Below are positions 63,946-64,000 of a stretch of 64,000 bases of DNA, piece after piece. The notes below the pieces were generated by a model. The model was not told the DNA's origin. It saw nothing but the letters and a program-made list of their open reading frames with translations, and searched no databases. Location of the stretch: contig OZ024741.1 in assembly GCA_964016885.1 (NCBI GenBank), positions 222,828,001 through 222,892,000 on the forward strand, in the 5' to 3' direction. A program made the translations under genes and the position numbers. The stretch comes from Eledone cirrhosa. Taxonomy: Eukaryota. Positions within the stretch are counted from its first letter, which is position 1. Every line of letters begins with the position of its first letter.

Positions 63946-64000
63946 TTTATTATATATTTATAAATTTACAAATTTATAAATTTCTGGTTGGTTGGTTGGT

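Overview
This is an AT-rich eukaryotic intergenic or intronic window saturated with (TA)n, (CA)n and (CATA)n microsatellites; I find no host gene. The SINE sequences look like those of an octopus or other coleoid cephalopod (inference from recall, not a search). Retroelements present: two Penelope-like elements (PLEs; RT + GIY-YIG), two RTE LINEs, six R4/Dong-type non-LTR pieces with a restriction-like endonuclease, and over a dozen tRNA-derived SINEs. DNA transposons present: a TSD-bounded chimeric hAT/Buster element and Merlin, mariner, Tigger, hAT and HINE-type MITEs. Two signals are not captured by the ORF track. (1) About 11 near-canonical and several variant type-I hammerhead ribozyme (HHR) motifs sit in otherwise dissimilar short noncoding elements, with palindromic stem III and often very long stem II. 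(2) At least a dozen fold-back (inverted) duplications, some nested and mostly anchored on (TA)n tracts, copy unrelated kinds of sequence. The R4/Dong copies appear to target (CATA)n. Coordinates were read by eye and boundaries may be off by a few bases.
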